DNA from: Cyanobacteria bacterium P01_A01_bin.123
GTDB taxonomy: Bacteria > Cyanobacteriota > Cyanobacteriia > Phormidesmidales > Phormidesmidaceae
DNA: 64,000 nucleotides
Reading direction: 5' to 3'
Assembly: GCA_039815185.1 (NCBI GenBank)
Contig: JBCBZT010000013.1
Location: 64,001-128,000 of the forward strand
This document shows positions 58,069 through 64,000 of the stretch, in pieces. The notes beneath the pieces were generated by a model, which had not been told where the DNA came from, ran no database searches, and saw nothing but the letters and a program-made list of their open reading frames with translations. The position numbers and the translations under genes are program-made. Every line of letters begins with the position of its first letter. The stretch's first letter is position 1.

Positions 58069-61014
58069 GTGCAACCTTTGCCGCCTGAAGCTCACCCCCA
58101 GAAATCTCGCGAAACCCTGCTGCAAGAGGTTTTGACCTTAGAGCAAGAGTTACAGTTGTTGCGGCAGCAATTGCAGAATCGTAATGTTGAAGTTGAACAG
58201 CTTAAACAGGCTTATACCGACCTCAAGCAACAGTTTAGCCAACGCACTGCCGCGCTCAAGGAATCAAACGACACCCTAGTTGCCGAGGTTGTTGAACGCA
58301 GCCAAGCCCAGGAAGCGCTGCACAAGACAACCGAACAGCTGCAGGCGATCCTCGATGCGGTGCCCGGTATTGTGTCCTGGATTAGTGATGATCTGCGTTA
58401 TTTAGGGGTCAACCAGCACCTCGCCAATGCCTTCAATTTGCCCAAAGAAGCTTTCGTTGGCCAAGACATTGGGTTTCTCCATACCAGTCAAGCCTTTAAT
58501 AATTTTGTCAAAGACTTTTTCCAAAGTCCTCATATCGACGCCTATCGGGAAATTAGCGCCAATGTGAGTGGCGTCTATCGTCGATTTCTGATCGTGGCTC
58601 AAAAATATAACCAAGGAAAGGCGGCTTTTACGGTTGGCATCGATATTACCGAACGAAACAAAGCTGAAGAAGCCCTGCGAGAAGCCGAAGCCAAGTATCG
58701 TAATATTTTTGAAAACACTGTTGAGGGGATCTTCCAAACCACCCCCGACGGCAAATATTTAAGTGCGAATCCAGCGCTGGCCAGAATTTATGGCTATCGC
58801 TCAGCAGAAGAAATACTCTCTGGTCTGACTAATATTCAACACCAACTTTATGTCGATGGCCGTCGCCGGGATGAGTTTATCCATACCCTCCAGACCCAGG
58901 ATGCCATTGTTGGGTTTGAATCGGAAATTTACCGTAAGGATGGCACCAGCACCTGGATTAGCGAAAACGCTCGAGCGGTTAGGGACGAAGCCGGCACCCT
59001 CCAATATTATGAAGGCACGGTACGTGATATCACCGCCCGCAAAACCGCAGAAGCTGCCCTACAGAAGGCCAATGAAGAACTCGAAAATCGCGTCATCCGA
59101 CGTACAGCGGCGTTAACAGAGGCTAACCAGCGTCTTCTCAATGAGATTCAAGAGAGACAACGTATTGAAGCGGCCTTAAGAGCGTCTGAGGCTGAACTGC
59201 GGGCGCTGTTTGCAGCAATGACCGATGTGATCACCGTCTTTGATTCAGAAGGCCTTTATCTCAATATTGTCGCCACCAATGCTGCCCTCCTTTATAGTCC
59301 GGCCGTGGAACGCGTTGGCAACATTGTCTACGATGTGCTGCCGCCTGCCCAAGCGACATTGTTCATGCGCCATATCCAACGGGCCCTCAATTCGGGGCAA
59401 CCTGTGCGTCTGGAATATAGCCTCCCTATTGGTCCCTGGCAACAAACTGATGAGACGGGTGAGGAAACTCAAGGTGATGCAAATCCTGACGATTTTGAAA
59501 ATACGGCATGGTATGCCGCTATCGTTTCCCCTATGCCTGATGGTCGAGTAATCTGGGTGGCTCGCGACATCACCGAACGCCGACGGGCTGACTTGGCACT
59601 GCAACAGGCGGAAGAAAAATATCGCAGTATTTTTGAGAATGCTGCTGAAGGTATTTTTCAGGTTACGCCAGAAGGCCACTACATTAGCGCTAATCCAGCC
59701 TTGGCTCGGATGTATGGTTATCCCAATCCTGAGGCCTTGATTGAGCAGGTGCAGGCCATTGATGCCCTCTATGTTGACCCGTTACGTCGCCAACTGCTGC
59801 GCGACACGCTCCATCGTGACGAAGCGGTGACTAAATTTGAGTCTCAGCTTTATCGCGCCGATGGCAGCGTGATTTGGATTAGTGAAAACATCCGTGCGGT
59901 AAAGGATGATGCCGATTGCTTATGCTACTACGAGGGCACCGCTGCTGATATTACCCAACGGAAACACGCCGAACAAGCCCTCAAAGAAAGCCAACGAACC
60001 TTGGCGACTCTGTTAGGAAATCTGGCAGGTATGGCTTATCGGCGGTTGTGTGATGAAGGTCGTACCCTTGTTTTTGTCAGCCACGGGTGTTACGAACTCA
60101 CGGGCTATCAACCAGAAGATTTGATTGCCCGTCAGGGAGTTTCCTTCGGCACCTTAGTTCACCCTGATGATCATGACTACGTAGGTGAGCAACTTGCCAC
60201 GGCCCTCGCAGGACAAACTCCGTTTCAGATGGTCTACCGTATCATGACGGCTCAAGGTAGAGAAAAATGGGTGTTAGAGAAGGGCATTGGCGTATTTACC
60301 CCAGCAGGAGACCCCGTTGCAATTGAAGGGTTCTTAACGGATATTAGCGATCGCAAGCAAATCGAAGAGGCCCTCCAGGTAGAGCAAGAAAAGTCAGAAC
60401 AGTTGCTCCTCAACGTCTTGCCCCAACCCATCGCAGCGGAATTAAAACAAAACCCCAGTGCCATTGCTTATCGATTTGAAGCTGCAACGATTTTATTCGC
60501 TGACATCGTTAACTTCACCCAGCTCTCTGCTAGCGTTGAACCAACGGAACTGGTTGATCTGCTTAACCAGATTTTCTCAAACTTTGATCAGCTAGCGGAA
60601 AAATATGGTTTGGAGAAAATCAAAACGATTGGGGATGCTTACATGGTGGTCGGAGGGGTGCCCAATCCCCGCGATGATCACATGGAAGCGATCGCAGAAA
60701 TGGCATTAGAGATGCAAGCTTCGATCGCTAATTTTCAGCGTGCTGATGGCCGTTCTTTCGCCTTGCGTATTGGCATTGACAGTGGGCCGGTGGTGGCTGG
60801 GGTTATTGGCATTAAGAAGTTCTCCTATGACCTTTGGGGTGATGCGGTTAACGTGGCCAGCCGCATGGAGTCCCAAGGCGTAGGCGGCAGGATTCAAGTG
60901 ACTGCCAATATCTATGAGCAACTCAGGCACCGCTATCGCTTTAACGAGCGCGGCGAAATTATTGTTAAGGGTAAAGGATTGATGATTACCCATTGGCTAT
61001 TGGGACAGCTTTGA
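58069..61014 (+). CDS. multi-PAS class III adenylate cyclase
   Basis: Coiled coil, about five PAS/PAC units, then FADIVNFT, KIKTIGDAYM, YDLWGDAVNVASRMES. The Lys/Asp specificity pair indicates ATP. Confidence 0.92.
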   Translation: MQPLPPEAHPQKSRETLLQEVLTLEQELQLLRQQLQNRNVEVEQLKQAYTDLKQQFSQRTAALKESNDTLVAEVVERSQAQEALHKTTEQLQAILDAVPGIVSWISDDLRYLGVNQHLANAFNLPKEAFVGQDIGFLHTSQAFNNFVKDFFQSPHIDAYREISANVSGVYRRFLIVAQKYNQGKAAFTVGIDITERNKAEEALREAEAKYRNIFENTVEGIFQTTPDGKYLSANPALARIYGYRSAEEILSGLTNIQHQLYVDGRRRDEFIHTLQTQDAIVGFESEIYRKDGTSTWISENARAVRDEAGTLQYYEGTVRDITARKTAEAALQKANEELENRVIRRTAALTEANQRLLNEIQERQRIEAALRASEAELRALFAAMTDVITVFDSEGLYLNIVATNAALLYSPAVERVGNIVYDVLPPAQATLFMRHIQRALNSGQPVRLEYSLPIGPWQQTDETGEETQGDANPDDFENTAWYAAIVSPMPDGRVIWVARDITERRRADLALQQAEEKYRSIFENAAEGIFQVTPEGHYISANPALARMYGYPNPEALIEQVQAIDALYVDPLRRQLLRDTLHRDEAVTKFESQLYRADGSVIWISENIRAVKDDADCLCYYEGTAADITQRKHAEQALKESQRTLATLLGNLAGMAYRRLCDEGRTLVFVSHGCYELTGYQPEDLIARQGVSFGTLVHPDDHDYVGEQLATALAGQTPFQMVYRIMTAQGREKWVLEKGIGVFTPAGDPVAIEGFLTDISDRKQIEEALQVEQEKSEQLLLNVLPQPIAAELKQNPSAIAYRFEAATILFADIVNFTQLSASVEPTELVDLLNQIFSNFDQLAEKYGLEKIKTIGDAYMVVGGVPNPRDDHMEAIAEMALEMQASIANFQRADGRSFALRIGIDSGPVVAGVIGIKKFSYDLWGDAVNVASRMESQGVGGRIQVTANIYEQLRHRYRFNERGEIIVKGKGLMITHWLLGQL

Positions 61015-61077
61015 AGCCTTGGGATAAACACGGCGATTAACTCAATACGGGCGATCATGCCAGTGTCTACGCGAGAC

Positions 61078-62403
61078 TCAAAACTGATGATTCCAGCAAT
61101 CCTTTAAGGCTTGTTCCAGAATCTCTAGACCTTTGTCAATTTCATCGCGGCTGATTGTTAGCGGGGGGGCAATTCTCAATGTGCCGCCCATGCTGGGAAT
61201 ACCGCTGACGATATTGATATTGAGCCCTAGTTCTAGGCAGCGATGGGTGACTTGATTGCCTAAGTCATGGTTGGGGGTGCGGCTGGCTTGATCGGTGACA
61301 AACTCAACCCCAAGCAATAAGCCCCGCCCCCGCACATCACCAATCACGTCGTAGTGTTTTTGTAGCTCTAGCAGACCATTTTTGAGGTACGTGCCCATCT
61401 CGGCAGCACGCTCAGCCAGTTTCTCAGCTTTGAGGATTTGCAAAACGGCTAACCCCACTGCGGCAGGCAATGGATCGGAAACATGGGAGGTGTAAAAAAT
61501 GAAGCCTTTGTCATGGCAGTCGGCTTCAATCTCGTCGGTGGTGATGGTGGCGGCCAGCGGTAAGCCACCACCCAAGGTTTTAGAAACGGTCAAGATATCG
61601 GGGACAGTGCCAATTTGCTCAAAGGCAAAGGTGCTACCCACGCGACCAAAGGCCGTCTGGGCTTCATCTACAATCAGCAACATGCCGCGTTCTTGGCAAA
61701 GTTCCTTCAACCTTGGAAAGTAATCCTCAGGGGGCACAATCATACCGCCTGCACTCAAAATCGGTTCGGCAATCACGGCGGCATAAGACCCCACTGATTG
61801 GCAGTCAATCAGTCCAAATCCAACTTCGAGGCAGGTGAGATCGCAGCGATCTTGGCAATGTTGAATGGGGCAACGATAGCAGTTGGGTGTGGGGAGCACC
61901 ATAGTCCCCGGCATACTGGGGCCGTAGCCCTGGCGAGCCGCAGCATAGGTGCTGGCACTGGCCCCCCCAGTCATGCCATGCCAAGAAGAGCTAAACCCAA
62001 TGATTTCAAAGCCGCCCGTATTCAACTTTGCCATCCGCAGTGCAGCTTCGTTGGATTCGCTACCTGTGTTGAGGAACAGGACTTTTTGCAGCGTGGGTGG
62101 CAGCAGTTCGCATAGGGCATCTGCCAGATGAATCACTGCTGGAGACAGCATGCCGCTGAACAGGTGAATAGCATCCTGACAGGCGTGCTGAATGGCTTCA
62201 ACAATGGCGGGGTGATTGTGACCCAGGGTGGAGCACATCTGGCCGGAGGTAAAGTCTAGAATGGCGCGACCGGAGTGATCGTAGATATAGGCTCCAGAGG
62301 CCCGCTCAATCACGACGGGCGAAAATTTGCTAGTGTAGCGGATCAAATGATCGTCTACCGTTTGCCAAAACTCGTCTAGTGCTGCGTCTTGCTGATCACC
62401 CAT
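61078..62403 (-). CDS. class III PLP enzyme, 2,2-dialkylglycine decarboxylase (DgdA)-like
   Basis: FW…HLIRY, ILDFTSGQM, HLFSGMLS, SWHGMT, SKTLGGG, HVSDPLPAAVG, RIAPPLT. Confidence 0.85.
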   Translation of the reverse strand: MGDQQDAALDEFWQTVDDHLIRYTSKFSPVVIERASGAYIYDHSGRAILDFTSGQMCSTLGHNHPAIVEAIQHACQDAIHLFSGMLSPAVIHLADALCELLPPTLQKVLFLNTGSESNEAALRMAKLNTGGFEIIGFSSSWHGMTGGASASTYAAARQGYGPSMPGTMVLPTPNCYRCPIQHCQDRCDLTCLEVGFGLIDCQSVGSYAAVIAEPILSAGGMIVPPEDYFPRLKELCQERGMLLIVDEAQTAFGRVGSTFAFEQIGTVPDILTVSKTLGGGLPLAATITTDEIEADCHDKGFIFYTSHVSDPLPAAVGLAVLQILKAEKLAERAAEMGTYLKNGLLELQKHYDVIGDVRGRGLLLGVEFVTDQASRTPNHDLGNQVTHRCLELGLNINIVSGIPSMGGTLRIAPPLTISRDEIDKGLEILEQALKDCWNHQF

Positions 62404-62625
62404 CACTGTGCCTCTAGCGTTAGGATATGGAGCTGCTAATAGTTTGACACTGAGACGCAGATATAAACTGCTCAGGTTTAACGCTACTAAGAGTTTTAAG
62501 GGTTAGGGGTTTGGACAGGGATGCGATCGCACCCTCAGAATGACGAAATCGGGAGGTACTTGATCGCGATTCCCTACTCTAAGATGGATGGCATCACTTG
62601 CCTAACTTTTTACAGGCGATTCTGA

Positions 62626-63240
62626 ATGGTTCAATCACCCGTTAAGGCACTAACGTTGCAGGCATTTCTGCAACAGCCTGAAACTAAGCCCGCCAGCGAA
62701 TATATCAATGGCCAAGTTTTTCAAAAGCCCATGCCTAAGGGGAAGCATAGTCTGCTGCAAACTCGGCTCTCGGCGGTGCTGAATTCGGCGCTACAACCCG
62801 AACAAGTCGCTTGGGCATTTTCAGAACTACGCTGTACCTACCCTTCGGGAAGCCATCTTACAGATGTCTATGGTGGACGCTCTACTGTGCCTGATGTGAG
62901 TGTCTTTACTTGGGCGCGAATTCCTTGTGATGACAATGGTGAAATTGCAAATGCAATTGAAACTCATCCGGATTGGGTGATTGAGATTTTATCCCCGGAT
63001 CAGAGTCAAACTCGGGTCACTAAAAATATCTTGCACTGTTTGCAATATGGTACTCAGCTCGGTTGGCTAATTGATCCAGATGAACAAACTGTATTGGTTT
63101 ATTTGCCGCCTGATCAGGTGAAGATTTTTGATCGGCCTGGTGATGTTTTGCCGACTCCGTCTTTTGCCAGTAATGTCCAACTCTCTGTTGGAGAGTTATT
63201 TGGATGGCTTGTGATTCGACCGCCTGCGTCTGACGTATAG
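62626..63240 (+). CDS. Uma2 family endonuclease (with a 10-aa insertion)
   Basis: PETKPASEY, KPMP..KHS, ELRCT, PDW.IEILSP, GWLIDP. Confidence 0.92.
   Translation: MVQSPVKALTLQAFLQQPETKPASEYINGQVFQKPMPKGKHSLLQTRLSAVLNSALQPEQVAWAFSELRCTYPSGSHLTDVYGGRSTVPDVSVFTWARIPCDDNGEIANAIETHPDWVIEILSPDQSQTRVTKNILHCLQYGTQLGWLIDPDEQTVLVYLPPDQVKIFDRPGDVLPTPSFASNVQLSVGELFGWLVIRPPASDV
62841..62870 (+). repeat. 30-bp double-hairpin element inserted in frame in Uma2
   Basis: CTA|CCCTTCGGGAAGCCATCTTACAGATGTCTA; hairpins CC-TTCG-GG and CATCT-TAC-AGATG. Confidence 0.65.
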
Positions 63241-63251
63241 GGTGAGATGGA

Positions 63252-63375
63252 TTATTTCTTCCTACGTTTAGGTGTGCCGTAGAGGTAGTGATCGTGTTCG
63301 ACTGACCAGTCAGCAGGTGCTTCAACGCTTCCCGTAAGGGAATCGAGTACGTCCCAGACATCACCAGTAGCGTTG
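63252..63375 (-). pseudogene. C-terminal remnant of an antitoxin-like small protein
   Basis: WDVLDSLTGSVEAPADWSVEHDHYLYGTPK; the upstream part runs into unrelated AT-rich DNA. Confidence 0.45.
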
Positions 63376-63525
63376 CTATATCGCTGTGTGCATGGTGAAT
63401 AAAACGCTAATAATCTTTCCTGTAGCGCCTTAAGCAACTTATTTTTCATATCAACAATTTGGATATCCATAGTCTTTATCTTCTAGACATTAAGCAGACC
63501 ATAGTATTTAATTTAAACAAACTTT

Positions 63526-64000
63526 ATGATTAGCACTTGGCTAGAAACGGAGGTTGAGTACAGCGGTTATGGGTGTGCTGTATTTGAAGACCCTGAAGGT
63601 GAAATAAGAGGCCAAGCAAAAGCTTCATTTGATGAGTATGGCAACTATAGCGTTCAGATGAAGATAGAAGATGTTAAAGTCTCTGATCCTTTACCAGGAC
63701 TATGGAATAACGTTAAACATATTCTGACTGGACAAGCACCAGTAAAATTAGAAAATCGATATATTTGGGGTGGACCTTACAAGTCGAAAGACAATAACTG
63801 TAGTAGTTTATCAATAAAAACTTTAGATGGTACCTGGTCTGCTCTTGGCAAGATAAACTTTGGCCATTCTCTAGGAATTGACTTAAGATTTTATATCATA
63901 AAATCAAAATTCGAACCTTTTCAGGCTTACGATCCATACTACTGGGTTATGCCTCTTTCAAACTTCATTTCAGACTTCTGCAAGACAGATGAATCTCTTA
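63526..64000 (+). CDS. AT-rich hypothetical protein, truncated by the window edge
   Basis: ATG 63526, open to the end (MISTWLETEVEYSGYG…YYWVMPLSNFISDF…); not in the ORF track because it has no stop. Confidence 0.7.
   Translation, partial: MISTWLETEVEYSGYGCAVFEDPEGEIRGQAKASFDEYGNYSVQMKIEDVKVSDPLPGLWNNVKHILTGQAPVKLENRYIWGGPYKSKDNNCSSLSIKTLDGTWSALGKINFGHSLGIDLRFYIIKSKFEPFQAYDPYYWVMPLSNFISDFCKTDESL

Larger units (their letters stand above)
962..62530. repeat. HIP1 octamer GCGATCGC, highly iterated
   Basis: Many copies, e.g. 962, 5841 and a dense set in radA; none seen in the AT-rich islands. Confidence 0.95.

Noticed and set aside
2154..62131. Numerous short antisense or alternate-frame ORFs in the ORF track (e.g. 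2154-2684, 23824-24303, 37165-37665, 41644-42102)
   Set aside because: They are shadows of well-supported genes and show no recognisable motifs.
1..64000. CRISPR array, tRNA, rRNA or IS transposase
   Set aside because: No regularly spaced repeat-spacer pattern, cloverleaf, rRNA-like tract or transposase ORF was recognised. The Cas4-like domain has no cas neighbours.

Overview
Cyanobacterial chromosome segment. The evidence is abundant HIP1 GCGATCGC plus rpaB, nblS/hik33, hik2 and gvp genes; gene style suggests a filamentous Leptolyngbya/Nodosilinea-like organism, which is inference only. Positions 1-13.3 kb are a mosaic accessory region: decayed genes, AT-rich cassette-like ORFs, a very divergent GpsA-fold protein, DUF2161, a Cas4-like nuclease-FtsK ATPase fusion, LysR with a Ser-less hydrolase, nth and MscS. 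The rest is mostly core genes: egtCBD, rpaB-plsX-fabH-fabD-plsC, radA, a ThrC-like gene plus sulfur carrier, tandem Ctp proteases, ispG, gvpA-C-N-J-(X)-K-F-G, pepA, hik2, an HtrA protease, nblS, purD, a PAS adenylate cyclase, a DgdA-like enzyme and Uma2. Non-coding highlights are a dispersed TIR-bounded repeat family with 5 copies, a 30-bp double-hairpin inserted in frame in Uma2, an IscR/Rrf2-like box, a TetR operator and an 11-bp-period direct-repeat promoter. No rRNA, tRNA, CRISPR array or transposase was recognised. All product calls come from motif recognition by eye, without database searches.
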